Below, in pieces: positions 26,680-36,185 of a stretch of 64,000 nt of DNA (its first letter is position 1; the number at the start of each line of letters is the position of its first letter). The translations under genes were made by a program, and so were the position numbers. Under the pieces are notes generated by a model. It worked only from the letters and a program-made list of their open reading frames with translations, did not search any database and was not told the DNA's origin. The stretch comes from a virus: the IMG/VR virus record IMGVR_UViG_3300045988_114753; one strand, 5' to 3'.

Positions 26680-26931
26680 TTATTCTATGATTATAGAGTT
26701 ATTTTCCAAGTATTTTATCATTGATTTTAATACTTCTTGATAAAACTCTTTTCCCATACATTCTGTAGTGACTTGAAAACTTCTTGTTTCACCTTCACAA
26801 CCATTTTCATATGGGTCTTCCAAATTAGAATAAATATCTAATTCTCCAAAACCAGGTGTGCCGTGCCATAAACATTTAATATGCCCTTCTCTAATAACAA
26901 CACCATCAACCTCGATTTTTCTATCTTTCAT
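26680..26931 (-). CDS. hypothetical protein
   Basis: ATG 26931 (MKDRKIEV) after GGAGAA. The track N-terminal extension overlaps tRNA-Ser. Confidence 0.55.
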   Translation of the reverse strand: MKDRKIEVDGVVIREGHIKCLWHGTPGFGELDIYSNLEDPYENGCEGETRSFQVTTECMGKEFYQEVLKSMIKYLENNSIIIE

Positions 26932-26950
26932 ACTTATTCTCCTTTTAAAA

Positions 26951-27042
26951 TGGCGTCCACTAGAGGGCTCGAACCTCTGCGTCAACTTAATCGACCTAAG
27001 AGTTTAGCAAACTCTCCTCTTCACCAACTTGAGTAAGTGGAC
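26951..27042 (-). tRNA. tRNA-Ser (GCT), long variable arm
   Basis: GTCCACT..AGAGT TTGCTAA ACTCT-TAGGTCGATTAAGTTGACGC-AGAGG TTCGAGC CCTCT-AGTGGAC-G-CCA. Confidence 0.8.
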
Positions 27043-27049
27043 ATTAAAT

Positions 27050-27136
27050 TGGTGCTCCTGAATGGATTTGAACCATCACGGGATTACTCCCAACGGATTT
27101 TAAGTCCGTTGCGTCTGCCTATTCCGCCACAAGAGC
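27050..27136 (-). tRNA. tRNA-Leu (TAA), long variable arm
   Basis: GCTCTTG..ACGGA CTTAAAA TCCGT-TGGGAGTAATCCCGT-GATGG TTCAAAT CCATT-CAGGAGC-A-CCA. Confidence 0.8.
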
Positions 27137-27143
27137 ATTAAAA

Positions 27144-27218
27144 TGGTGCCGACACCTCGATTTGAACGGGGAACCTATCGCTTACAAGGCGATTGCACTA
27201 CCGTTGTGCTATGTCGGC
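27144..27218 (-). tRNA. tRNA-Thr (TGT)
   Basis: GCCGACA..ATCGC CTTGTAA GCGAT..CCCCG TTCAAAT CGAGG-TGTCGGC-A-CCA. Confidence 0.8.
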
Positions 27219-27366
27219 ATAAAATAGGATAAACTGTATAGATGAAGGTACGTACAACATCACTATCGGCTTTTAATTTTTACTCGTATCAATATTACAA
27301 GATTAGTCGGCACTTGGGGCAAAACTGATTGCCACCCTTGATACGAAACCTATATAAATTACTAAA

Positions 27367-27442
27367 TGGTGGTCAGACCTGGGATTGAACCAGGGACACT
27401 AGCATTTTCAGTGCTATGCTCTACCAACTGAGCTATCTAACC
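27367..27442 (-). tRNA. tRNA-Phe (GAA)
   Basis: GGTTAGA..TAGCA CTGAAAA TGCTA..CCTGG TTCAATC CCAGG-TCTGACC-A-CCA. Confidence 0.8.
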
Positions 27443-27458
27443 AAGAAAGAAGAATTAA

Positions 27459-27791
27459 TTATTCTACGATGTCATAGATACTTTGTTTTAGTTCTTCTAT
27501 TGATTTTGTTAAATCATTATAAATATCTTGATGAATTTTAGCATATTCTTCGCCTTTTTTGATTTCTGCACGAACTTCATTACGAATTGCTACTAACATT
27601 GCACGTCTAGCTCTTCTATAACTGATTTTCGCACCAATTTCAACATCAAAAGTATCTTCTGGAGAACATTTTGCCACTCCAACGAATTTTAATGCTGGAT
27701 TTTCATTAGTCCCTAATAATAATGTAGTGACTGTTCTTCTTTTTTCATCAACGATTACTTTCTTTTCTGTCTTTGGTAATCTGATTTTCAT
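27459..27791 (-). CDS. hypothetical protein
   Basis: AAAGGAGGA RBS; track ORF between tRNAs. Confidence 0.65.
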   Translation of the reverse strand: MKIRLPKTEKKVIVDEKRRTVTTLLLGTNENPALKFVGVAKCSPEDTFDVEIGAKISYRRARRAMLVAIRNEVRAEIKKGEEYAKIHQDIYNDLTKSIEELKQSIYDIVE

Positions 27792-27819
27792 AATTAATCC
27801 TCCTTTTTTACAAAATTAA

Positions 27820-27897
27820 TGGTCGGGAATGCAGGATTTGAACCTACGACCTCTAGTTCCCAAAACTAGCGTTCTAGCCAAGCTGAACTAATTCCCG
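27820..27897 (-). tRNA. tRNA-Pro (TGG)
   Basis: CGGGAAT..CTAGT TTTGGGA ACTAG..GTAGG TTCAAAT CCTGC-ATTCCCG-A-CCA. Confidence 0.8.
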
Positions 27898-27900
27898 AAA

Positions 27901-27978
27901 TGGTGGAGAATGTGGGGCTCGAACCCACAACCTACTGCGTGCAAGGCAGTCGCTCTAGCCAATTAGAGCTAATTCCCC
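27901..27978 (-). tRNA. tRNA-Ala (TGC)
   Basis: GGGGAAT..ACTGC CTTGCAC GCAGT..GTGGG TTCGAGC CCCAC-ATTCTCC-A-CCA. Confidence 0.8.
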
Positions 27979-27983
27979 AATAC

Positions 27984-28060
27984 TGGCGGTTCGTACGAGA
28001 TTTGAACTCGTGATTTCCTGCGTGACAGGCAGGCGTCATAGACTACTAGACCAACGAACC
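27984..28060 (-). tRNA. tRNA-Asp (GTC)
   Basis: GGTTCGT..CCTGC CTGTCAC GCAGG..ACGAG TTCAAAT CTCGT-ACGAACC-G-CCA. Confidence 0.8.
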
Positions 28061-28070
28061 ATAACATATT

Positions 28071-28565
28071 TCAGTCAGCATATTCCCAATAATAACCATA
28101 CGCTGTTTTCCTTTTACCCTTACAAACATCTGTGATATGAGAGTCGTGTCCTCTAACAGCTTTTGCAGCTTCTGATAAAGAATTATATTTTGCAATGATA
28201 TTACCACGCATATCTTTTTGAATACATTTTCTCTTATGATTATTTTCAAAATTCATTGCTCCAATTTTAATTGCGTGTTGTGTATTATATTGATAGGTAC
28301 ACCATTCTAAATTCCAATAATTATTATTTTTTGAATTATTATCTATATGATTAACTATTGGATAATTATTTGGGTTGGGCACAAAATACAAAGCAACAAG
28401 TCGATGTGGGAATACTGTTTTCAATGTGTGATTAACAGAAATAGTTGTTCTCAAATATCCTCTACGGTTAGGTGTCAACTTTAAAACACGCCCTGTAATA
28501 TCATTTCTAATTCTTCCATAATTACTGATAGAATATTTATTAACAAAATTTCTCCATTCTTCCAC
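28071..28565 (-). CDS. HNH homing endonuclease (NUMOD4-like N-terminus, HNH_3 core)
   Basis: EEWRNF..YSISNYGRIRN; HRLVALYFVPNP...VNHIDNNSKNNNYWNLEW. GTG 28565 after AAGAGGTG is preferred, because the track start overlaps tRNA-Trp. Confidence 0.75.
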   Translation of the reverse strand: MEEWRNFVNKYSISNYGRIRNDITGRVLKLTPNRRGYLRTTISVNHTLKTVFPHRLVALYFVPNPNNYPIVNHIDNNSKNNNYWNLEWCTYQYNTQHAIKIGAMNFENNHKRKCIQKDMRGNIIAKYNSLSEAAKAVRGHDSHITDVCKGKRKTAYGYYWEYAD

Positions 28566-28590
28566 CGTCACACCTCTTTTACAATAATAA

Positions 28591-28665
28591 TGGCACGGGA
28601 TTGAGGTTATGCTCCCCATACTTCGGTTTTGGAGACCGACGTCTTTCTGATTAGACTAATCCCGT
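28591..28665 (-). tRNA. tRNA-Trp (CCA) with atypical T loop
   Basis: ACGGGAT-TA-GTCT AATCAGAA AGAC-G-TCGGT CTCCAAA ACCGA-AGTAT-TGGGG AGCATAA CCTCA-ATCCCGT-G-CCA. Confidence 0.6.
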
Positions 28666-28878
28666 ATAAAAGCAACAGGAAATAAGATTTATTGACTTAT
28701 CTGGTTCTATCAATTAATCACAGGGCTACTTCTGTACCACATTTGTATAGTCCAATTCCTGTTGAACACACGCATCTACTGACCAGAAATTCAAGTGGTT
28801 GCGTAGAATAGACGACTTACAAGTTCTTCGCTTTTCACACTTCTCTATGCGTCTTTTTATTATAACAAATGTATTATA

Positions 28879-29226
28879 TCATAAAAAGTCAAAAATGTCA
28901 AGTTGTTTTTCAATTTTTTTCTTATTTTCTGCACTAATTGTACCATTTTTATATTCATTATGAATTTGAATTGCAGAAAGCGTGTTTATTATATTATCGA
29001 CACTAGTAATGCCATTAGATTTCATAACATTAAGTAATTCTAAAAAATGTCCCATAAAATCTTTGTTAAATGTATCAGCAAACGTTTCCAAATATTCTCT
29101 AACATTTTTAGTTTCTCTCCCTAATTTATTTAAGCAACCTATACACGCAAACTTACCACAATCAAGTTGTATATTGGTACTAGCACCACATTGAATACAA
29201 TTTCCCTTATTAGTCACAATTTTCAT
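28879..29226 (-). CDS. zinc-ribbon protein
   Basis: CIQCGAS...CGKFACIGC. ATG 29226 after GGAGG. Confidence 0.6.
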   Translation of the reverse strand: MKIVTNKGNCIQCGASTNIQLDCGKFACIGCLNKLGRETKNVREYLETFADTFNKDFMGHFLELLNVMKSNGITSVDNIINTLSAIQIHNEYKNGTISAENKKKIEKQLDIFDFL

Positions 29227-29638
29227 CTTCTGCCTCCTCATTCATTTCTTCTAACTTTTTGATACATCTATTGTACATATCAATCATTTCATAAACAGTG
29301 TGTTGACTATTCATTGTACAACCACGACCACAATATTTATACCAAGAAATTTCTACGTCCCCACATTTAAAGTTATATGGCTGTATCGTTTCGCCATCCC
29401 AATTATATGCGTGAACCTCAAATACATCGCAAACAAAACTATTACCAGTGTTATCAAAAGGATTGTCATATTCTTCTTGAGTAATATTCCACATTGTAAT
29501 ATCTAATTTTCTAGCAATATCACGAAGTAACGCTACAACATAACCAGGACAATCATATTGTTGTATTTTATTTGGAGAGAATAATATTTGTCCTAATTCA
29601 ACATTAGTTGGTAATCCACACTTTTCACACATTATCAA
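29210..29638 (-). CDS. hypothetical protein
   Basis: Track ORF, tiled on the - strand. Confidence 0.6.
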   Translation of the reverse strand: MIMCEKCGLPTNVELGQILFSPNKIQQYDCPGYVVALLRDIARKLDITMWNITQEEYDNPFDNTGNSFVCDVFEVHAYNWDGETIQPYNFKCGDVEISWYKYCGRGCTMNSQHTVYEMIDMYNRCIKKLEEMNEEAEDENCD

Positions 29639-29837
29639 CTTGACCTCTTTTCTTTTTTATTTTTTCAAATTTATCATAAACAGTTTTTCGCATTTTAGTA
29701 TTAACCCAAAATTCGCCATCTCTAAATATTATTGTATAAGTCTTATTGCCTGTAACAAATATATCTAATACATCATTAATATCAAAATACACCTTTTCAG
29801 TACCAACTGTAGCAACCTCTAACTTAACGGATGCCAT
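29625..29837 (-). CDS. hypothetical protein
   Basis: Track ORF, tiled on the - strand. Confidence 0.6.
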   Translation of the reverse strand: MASVKLEVATVGTEKVYFDINDVLDIFVTGNKTYTIIFRDGEFWVNTKMRKTVYDKFEKIKKKRGQVDNV

Positions 29838-30303
29838 ACTTCTCCTCCAATTCTTTGAATGTTAATGGTGTGTCATTAATAATTATTACTAAACTTTCTC
29901 CACCATCGCCGAACCAGTGTTGATAATATAGATTATTTTGAAGTGCATTTATATACTCATTTCCGTCTTTATCCATCCAAGGGACACTAATGTAATCATT
30001 AGAACCATCTTCATATATTATGTCTAAATGTGTTATGTCTTTATTTTCAATTCTATCTTCTAATAAAGTTTTATCATCCCAGCCTCCAATAGTCGTTAAC
30101 CCTTTACGATTGATAGACAGTAACATTTCTTTGCAAGATACACTTTCGTACACTTCACCATCTTCATATTGAAATACGTTAACTCCAATATTTCTTGTTA
30201 CATCATTAACTACGCACATATCTATCATTTTTGGTGTTAAGCTATATACTTCACAATTTTCAAAAACTATATCTATTGTTTTTATCTTTTTATTCTTCAT
30301 CAT
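29824..30303 (-). CDS. hypothetical protein
   Basis: Track ORF, tiled on the - strand. Confidence 0.6.
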   Translation of the reverse strand: MMKNKKIKTIDIVFENCEVYSLTPKMIDMCVVNDVTRNIGVNVFQYEDGEVYESVSCKEMLLSINRKGLTTIGGWDDKTLLEDRIENKDITHLDIIYEDGSNDYISVPWMDKDGNEYINALQNNLYYQHWFGDGGESLVIIINDTPLTFKELEEKYGIR

Positions 30304-31273
30304 TTTCCCTCCATTCTTTTAACTGACAAGCATTCTCATTTCTACCCCATATATCTGCATCGTGCAATAACTCTAACATATGATATAGGTCATCATCATT
30401 AAACATTTCTTTAATTGGTGTCATATCTTCTCTACGATACCACTCCATATGATTTAATATTAAGGCTCCAATTTGATATGAACTATCATATAAACGCACT
30501 CTATCCAAATCATCTCTCATATTTTGTTTTCTCACGTGGCACATAAATAAATAAGTAGAGACTTTATCGTGTCCATAATACACAAAACAGTTTTTCTTAT
30601 CATTAAATGTTTTAGTGTATAATTTACCAAAATCGTGATAACGAGCTGCTTGTCTTAAGATTTCAGCATCAATACGTAATTTTAAGTTTTTACCTAAATC
30701 CTCTGCTCTCTTTACGACTGCTTTTATATGTTCTTCTAGTGTTTCACAATGATGTGGGTTATCTTGTTTATAGTCTATACAATCGTCTATTAAGAAATTA
30801 TAATCGTATACATCATTATACATACCGCCGTCTATTAAATATATATTATCAAAACCTTCATAATACATTGGTGGTTCTATACTCTGTATCATTTGAATTA
30901 ATTTGTCCCAAGGTATTTGTCTTTCTTGTCTAGTGATATTTCTTTCTAATATTATATTTATAGGGGTGCAACATAAATAAGCGTTAACTTCAGCATCACA
31001 CATTTTAGCCCTCTTTATTATATCACTCCTACGTTTTTTATTAAGATTTGTAGCATCATATATAACATCAAAGTCATTTTGTAGTGCTGTTAAAGTTTCT
31101 CTTTTCATTCTCTCAAAAACTTCTGCGTTGTGGGTTTGGTCTTCAAAACCAAACATATCAACTCTTATATCGTCGCTAGATAAATATACGGTGTTATCGG
31201 TTAATAATTCAGTTTTTGCATATTTTGTCTTTCCACTCCCTGGTATTCCAATCATTATATTTAATTTTGCCAT
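30290..31273 (-). CDS. P-loop kinase (polynucleotide-kinase-like) fused to HD phosphohydrolase
   Basis: IGIPGSGKTKYAK...LSSDDIR...YDATNL kinase layout. C-terminal HHCETLEEH...RYHDFGK HD motif. ATG 31273 after GAGGGAGG. Confidence 0.65.
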   Translation of the reverse strand: MAKLNIMIGIPGSGKTKYAKTELLTDNTVYLSSDDIRVDMFGFEDQTHNAEVFERMKRETLTALQNDFDVIYDATNLNKKRRSDIIKRAKMCDAEVNAYLCCTPINIILERNITRQERQIPWDKLIQMIQSIEPPMYYEGFDNIYLIDGGMYNDVYDYNFLIDDCIDYKQDNPHHCETLEEHIKAVVKRAEDLGKNLKLRIDAEILRQAARYHDFGKLYTKTFNDKKNCFVYYGHDKVSTYLFMCHVRKQNMRDDLDRVRLYDSSYQIGALILNHMEWYRREDMTPIKEMFNDDDLYHMLELLHDADIWGRNENACQLKEWRENDEE

Positions 31274-31340
31274 TATATAGCCTCCCTCTATCATATCTAT
31301 TAAAATTATAACAAAAAAAACGCATTAAGTCAATATGTTT

Positions 31341-31703
31341 TTATAAATTATTTGCAGAAAATAAATTTTCTATAGGAAACTCCATATTTTGAGAACAACG
31401 AGGACATAAACAATCGTTGATATAAGGTTTGATTTCCCTACCACAACAATCACAATAATTCCCTAAACAAAACTCTTTAGCAAATTTTTTAGACATTCTT
31501 TCCGTAGCATTTCCTTGCACGATGCCTCCAGTATCTTTACTAATATAATAATCGTCTTGAAGAACCCCAAATCTATTGCTATAGAAATCAGGTTTAATTA
31601 TTTCCGCATTAGTCATAAAGCCTAAAAATACATTACCGTTTTGGCTATCTACAGCTTTTATGCGAAAATCTCTATTAGATGTTAAATCTACATTATCTTT
31701 CAT
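31341..31703 (-). CDS. zinc-ribbon protein
   Basis: CDCCGREIKPYINDCLCPRCS. Confidence 0.6.
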   Translation of the reverse strand: MKDNVDLTSNRDFRIKAVDSQNGNVFLGFMTNAEIIKPDFYSNRFGVLQDDYYISKDTGGIVQGNATERMSKKFAKEFCLGNYCDCCGREIKPYINDCLCPRCSQNMEFPIENLFSANNL

Positions 31704-32466
31704 TTTTTCTAAATAATCTTCTTAATGAAAACTTCTTATTTCTTTTTAGGCTATTAAATTCTTTATCATTTAGACGTCTTAAATTATCATCAAGTCTTTC
31801 TAATTCTTCTTTTATTTCGTCGGTATTTGTAGGTACGACCACTGTTTGTAATTTTTCTTTGCCAGCCTCTTGTAAGAATTTATCCATTGTTAGGTCGCAA
31901 TATTCATCTTCCCAATCGCCTAAAAAATAAAAACGGTCATTTAATACTACACCACCATTTCGAGTGTCAGTACGTGGCTTTTGAAATGTCCCAAACAACA
32001 TAGGGTCTTTCTCTCTACGTTCTTTAGCAACCTCCTTTTCAGCCTTTCCAGTATAATCAGTAAAGACAACATACATTTTATCAAATATATCTTTTGTCTT
32101 AGCAATAACTTGTACAATATTATCTGGTATATCTCTAGGATAATTTTCCAATTCAATAATTTTAACTACATTTTTAGAAATGTTATCAATATAATCTTCA
32201 ATATCATCTCTATACACAAATGAATTAATACCTAAACCAACTACTTGCATCTCTTTTTCAATGTTGTCTGCTAAAAATCTTAACTTTTCAATAACACGCT
32301 TTTGACCAGTTATGCTATATTTTTCTACTAATAGTAAATAACCATTATAAAGGTCTTTTAAATCTTTGTCTGTTACTGTTTGTTTCTTTTCTTTTAAATA
32401 ATTAAAATATTGAGTAGCATTTAGTTCTTCAACGTTGACTTCGGTTATCTTCTTTTTGCTTGTCAT
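31693..32466 (-). CDS. hypothetical protein
   Basis: Track ORF; overlaps the stop of the radical-SAM gene. Confidence 0.65.
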   Translation of the reverse strand: MTSKKKITEVNVEELNATQYFNYLKEKKQTVTDKDLKDLYNGYLLLVEKYSITGQKRVIEKLRFLADNIEKEMQVVGLGINSFVYRDDIEDYIDNISKNVVKIIELENYPRDIPDNIVQVIAKTKDIFDKMYVVFTDYTGKAEKEVAKERREKDPMLFGTFQKPRTDTRNGGVVLNDRFYFLGDWEDEYCDLTMDKFLQEAGKEKLQTVVVPTNTDEIKEELERLDDNLRRLNDKEFNSLKRNKKFSLRRLFRKNER

Positions 32467-33359
32467 TTATTTTCACTTCCTTTTATTATTTTGAACATAT
32501 CATCAATATTGCTTAATAGTGGATAACGTTCAACGGATGTAGATGTCTTTGCAAATTGTTTGTTTACTAAATCAACATACATCGTATGTGTGCCGTCATC
32601 CCCTTGATAAAACTTATTCCATTGCTCATCTGTTAATACATCTTTAACAGCTAATTGTTCTATCGCTAAGTTATCAAATGATATAACTTTAAATTTCCCC
32701 ATTAAACTAGATAAATTATTTTTTAACCAATCTATTTGTACTTGGATGATTGCACTCGCTTTTTCTAGTAAATCGTGTCCTCGTCCAAAGTCTTTATACC
32801 CTAATATTAATATTTTTACACCTTTATTTGCGAAATAATCAAACACATCTCCACCGTGAATACCAGCAATAAGATGAACCACTAAATTTGGATTATTTTT
32901 TATTGCATTATCCCAAAATTCGTCATCAAATGATGTGAATGAGACACCTAAACCATAAATTAATTTTTCATTTACCAATTTGTTAATTAATTCTAAATGT
33001 CCTTTAAACTCTTTTTGATTGACCGTAATACTAGGTATGACACCTCTTGCCTTTAATTTTTCTAAAAAAGGAATAAGGTCTGGATGACCTGTAACAGCTC
33101 CTCCACCTATTGCCATCTCAGTTCCAGGGCGAAGTTTGTCTATAAATTCAGCATTCATAATATCTCCGTGTTTGCCATCTGGTGTTGATTTTTCGTGACA
33201 CATAGGACATCCAAAAGGACATCTATTAGTGATTTTGCAGTCCATTGACTCTGGGTAATCTGCCTCAAAAAAATCTAAATCATTTTCTCTAATTTTAGTC
33301 CCATCATCAAATATTGTTACAAAATAATTTCCATTTTTATAATGTGCTAATTGTTTCAT
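32463..33359 (-). CDS. radical SAM enzyme (no SPASM extension seen)
   Basis: CxxxCxxC cluster TNRCPFGCPMCHE; GGGAVTGHPD (GGE-like). Confidence 0.75.
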   Translation of the reverse strand: MKQLAHYKNGNYFVTIFDDGTKIRENDLDFFEADYPESMDCKITNRCPFGCPMCHEKSTPDGKHGDIMNAEFIDKLRPGTEMAIGGGAVTGHPDLIPFLEKLKARGVIPSITVNQKEFKGHLELINKLVNEKLIYGLGVSFTSFDDEFWDNAIKNNPNLVVHLIAGIHGGDVFDYFANKGVKILILGYKDFGRGHDLLEKASAIIQVQIDWLKNNLSSLMGKFKVISFDNLAIEQLAVKDVLTDEQWNKFYQGDDGTHTMYVDLVNKQFAKTSTSVERYPLLSNIDDMFKIIKGSENK

Positions 33360-33377
33360 TTTTATCCCTCCTTATTC

Positions 33378-33746
33378 TTAATAGTCTTGTCCGTAATAAC
33401 CAAAGGCAACTACAGTATCTCCATTTGGTGTATTATATTTATCGACATATGTTTCGTATTCTATATAATCATAGTCGTTAAACTCCTCGTATGTATAATA
33501 TGTCTTATCATCATCATTTAGATATTCTTCAAGTTTATCCTTAAAATCTGGGTCTTCTTTACTAACTCCTGTATTTTCTTTTAGAAATTCCTCTTCCACC
33601 GTTTCTTTAGAAACCAATTCATCATTCCATCTATTCCAATACATCTCACCATTTTTCCATTTTAAGAAATCACTCTCCATACACATTGTTATTGAATGTG
33701 TACTACTACTATTTGTTTCAAATGTTCCTATTCTTATTGTTCTCAT
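33378..33746 (-). CDS. FETNSSSTH-motif family paralog 1 (short)
   Basis: MRTIRIGTFETNSSSTHSIT. Confidence 0.7.
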   Translation of the reverse strand: MRTIRIGTFETNSSSTHSITMCMESDFLKWKNGEMYWNRWNDELVSKETVEEEFLKENTGVSKEDPDFKDKLEEYLNDDDKTYYTYEEFNDYDYIEYETYVDKYNTPNGDTVVAFGYYGQDY

Positions 33747-33747
33747 A

Positions 33748-34107
33748 TTACCACCTATCTCCTCTATAAATACTCATAATAACATTATTACCTAGTTCTT
33801 TTTGCTCTACTTCCGCAAAACTCTCGACATACTCTGCCGATGCGTTATCGTCATCAATTACATAACAATAATCGCTTTCCATAAAACTATATTCGCTTTC
33901 AAAGTGTTGTCCGTCATAATCAACAGACCCATCTTCGTTTCTTACAATTTTTTTATCTTCATCGGTTAAGTCTTGCACTTGCCCAGAATGAAGGTTTAAT
34001 GTCTTTTTATTATTTTGCCACGCTTTATAATCTTCTTTTGATAGAATTACTAATGCGTGAGTACTACTAGAATTAGTCTCAAATGTGCCATATCTTATTG
34101 TCTTCAT
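33748..34107 (-). CDS. FETNSSSTH-motif family paralog 2 (short)
   Basis: MKTIRYGTFETNSSSTHALV. Confidence 0.7.
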   Translation of the reverse strand: MKTIRYGTFETNSSSTHALVILSKEDYKAWQNNKKTLNLHSGQVQDLTDEDKKIVRNEDGSVDYDGQHFESEYSFMESDYCYVIDDDNASAEYVESFAEVEQKELGNNVIMSIYRGDRW

Positions 34108-34109
34108 TA

Positions 34110-34619
34110 TTAATCCCTCCCAAACTCTATAACGGTATCTTCTCTTAATACTTCGTCTAATAAATTACGGTCGTGATTTACCAAATCTTCTAGTAACTCA
34201 TCTAAATTAGAACATATTATTTGGTGATTAATATTTACTATATCTTCTAAATCACTATATGTGTCACCATCTTCATCAGTCCATCTGTTAATTTTATATT
34301 CTTTTGGTAACACTACTTTCTTTCCATACCTTGACATCACGAAATCAGCAATTCGCTTAAAATCAAATGACTTTTCCACTTGTTCTTTTAGGTCGTCATA
34401 ATCATATACATCCCATTTGTATCTATTTATAATTTGTGATACCAAATATGATACTTTTTCTTTTAGAGTAGATAAAACTCTACAATCGTCAGTATCTATA
34501 AACTCTACAACTAATGTATCGCTAGGTGATAAATAATCACTATGGTCTCCTTTGGTAACACTAAGTGCGTGTGTACTGCTACTATTTGTTTCAAAAATTC
34601 TATTTCTAATTATTTTCAT
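34110..34619 (-). CDS. FETNSSSTH-motif family paralog 3
   Basis: MKIIRNRIFETNSSSTHALS; mid EKVSYLVSQ; INHQ; C-terminal EFGRD. Confidence 0.7.
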   Translation of the reverse strand: MKIIRNRIFETNSSSTHALSVTKGDHSDYLSPSDTLVVEFIDTDDCRVLSTLKEKVSYLVSQIINRYKWDVYDYDDLKEQVEKSFDFKRIADFVMSRYGKKVVLPKEYKINRWTDEDGDTYSDLEDIVNINHQIICSNLDELLEDLVNHDRNLLDEVLREDTVIEFGRD

Positions 34620-34806
34620 TTTCTGATGCCTCCTTAAAATTATTTTTTATATATTCTTCTGGGGTTATATCCTCATCTGCATTCATTTCATCTGGTTCAT
34701 AGTAACCCTCCCAGTTATCTACACCATTGTTTATAAGTCTAGTTAACTCCCAACTGTCTTCAATTAATTGCTTTAAACTTTTTTCGCTTATTATATAACT
34801 TTTCAT
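34606..34806 (-). CDS. hypothetical small acidic protein
   Basis: Track ORF between paralogs. Confidence 0.6.
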   Translation of the reverse strand: MKSYIISEKSLKQLIEDSWELTRLINNGVDNWEGYYEPDEMNADEDITPEEYIKNNFKEASENENN

Positions 34807-34809
34807 ATT

Positions 34810-35595
34810 TTAATTTCCTTTCAAATAAACATCGTTATTTTTTTCGTACTCTTTTAATTTCTTCCAGAAATCACTATTGTCATACGGATACTCTTTACAA
34901 TATCTATCCCAATACTCATCTTTTATATGACCGTCTTTATCAAACCAATCTGCTGGTGGCTTTTCCCAATCTTCATTCACACAACATCCCTCACTGTCGT
35001 AGTCATATTCAAAGCCAATAGTTTTTATGTTATAGCCCCTAAACTCATCACCACCAATTGTTATATAACTATCTCTATTAAAAATAAATCTTTTAACAAA
35101 TTCGTCATCAGTTTTTAATCTTGCAACAAAGTCTGTACCGTCTAAACCATTTGCGTGGTCTATGTAATTTCCATATCTTTCCTTTAGTATTAAACAAGTA
35201 TCACTGCCAGTTAAATCCCCATCGTCGCCCTTTCTGTCGATGTAGTTAAATACATCTTGTGGTGTAGGATTATATCTTTTATTAGTTTCTAATTGTTTCC
35301 ATATTGCAATCACTCGCTTTTTAAAGTCGTCAATTTCGTCTTTATTTGTAGCATCTTGTGGTTTCCAATTATCGTCATAATGCGACCATTCATAATTATT
35401 TATCAACATCATATAAGCATACGCTAATTTTTCGTCCCAATTATCACACAAACGGCATTCTTCTCTGCCAAACGCATAATCGTGGTCTAAACTATCATAC
35501 AAGTCATATTCCTCATTATTAGCTTGTTTAGGCACCACAATTGCGTGTGTACTTGAACTATTAGTTTCAAAACTTCCATATCTAATCGTTTTCAT
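34810..35595 (-). CDS. FETNSSSTH-motif family paralog 4 (longest)
   Basis: MKTIRYGSFETNSSSTHAIV; EKLAYAYMM; YIDHANG; ITIGGDEF. Confidence 0.7.
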   Translation of the reverse strand: MKTIRYGSFETNSSSTHAIVVPKQANNEEYDLYDSLDHDYAFGREECRLCDNWDEKLAYAYMMLINNYEWSHYDDNWKPQDATNKDEIDDFKKRVIAIWKQLETNKRYNPTPQDVFNYIDRKGDDGDLTGSDTCLILKERYGNYIDHANGLDGTDFVARLKTDDEFVKRFIFNRDSYITIGGDEFRGYNIKTIGFEYDYDSEGCCVNEDWEKPPADWFDKDGHIKDEYWDRYCKEYPYDNSDFWKKLKEYEKNNDVYLKGN

Positions 35596-35606
35596 CTGTT
35601 ACACAC

Positions 35607-36179
35607 CTATCTTTCCATTCCATAAGGGCATACTTCGTTATTGATAAATACATCTTTGTCAAAAATTATTTCTTTTATCTTGTTTTTGAATTTTTCTTTG
35701 TCTGACACTTGTAATAAATCTTTAATTCCAATACACTCATCATAAGTTGTTTCGTAAAATGGAAACCAATCATTTTCTGGTCGGACATAATCTATCATAG
35801 TGCCAGTTTCTTCTAATACTGCCTCTTGTAACCAAACAAACAAATCTGTTTTTATCATTTTTTCAAATACTTCCTCGTTGTAACCCTTTTCATTTCTTCT
35901 ATCATAATCCCACATATCGTCGTGTGTATCCTCAACAACACTAGCAATCATATTGATTATAAAACTTAATTTTTCTGTTTCGGTACGAAGTGTATCACAA
36001 GCATATTCTTCGTCGCCACCTCCACAATCTCCATATTCTACTACACTCAATAACTTTCCAGTATCTCTAGTTAAATTTCTAGGTATATCATCTTCTCTAG
36101 GTTTTTGATATTTTGAAATTGTAATGCTATGTGTACTACTAGAATTTGTTTCAAAAGTTCCGTATCTAATTGTTTTCAT
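35607..36179 (-). CDS. FETNSSSTH-motif family paralog 5
   Basis: MKTIRYGTFETNSSSTHSIT; EKLSFIINM. Confidence 0.7.
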   Translation of the reverse strand: MKTIRYGTFETNSSSTHSITISKYQKPREDDIPRNLTRDTGKLLSVVEYGDCGGGDEEYACDTLRTETEKLSFIINMIASVVEDTHDDMWDYDRRNEKGYNEEVFEKMIKTDLFVWLQEAVLEETGTMIDYVRPENDWFPFYETTYDECIGIKDLLQVSDKEKFKNKIKEIIFDKDVFINNEVCPYGMER

Positions 36180-36185
36180 TATTTA

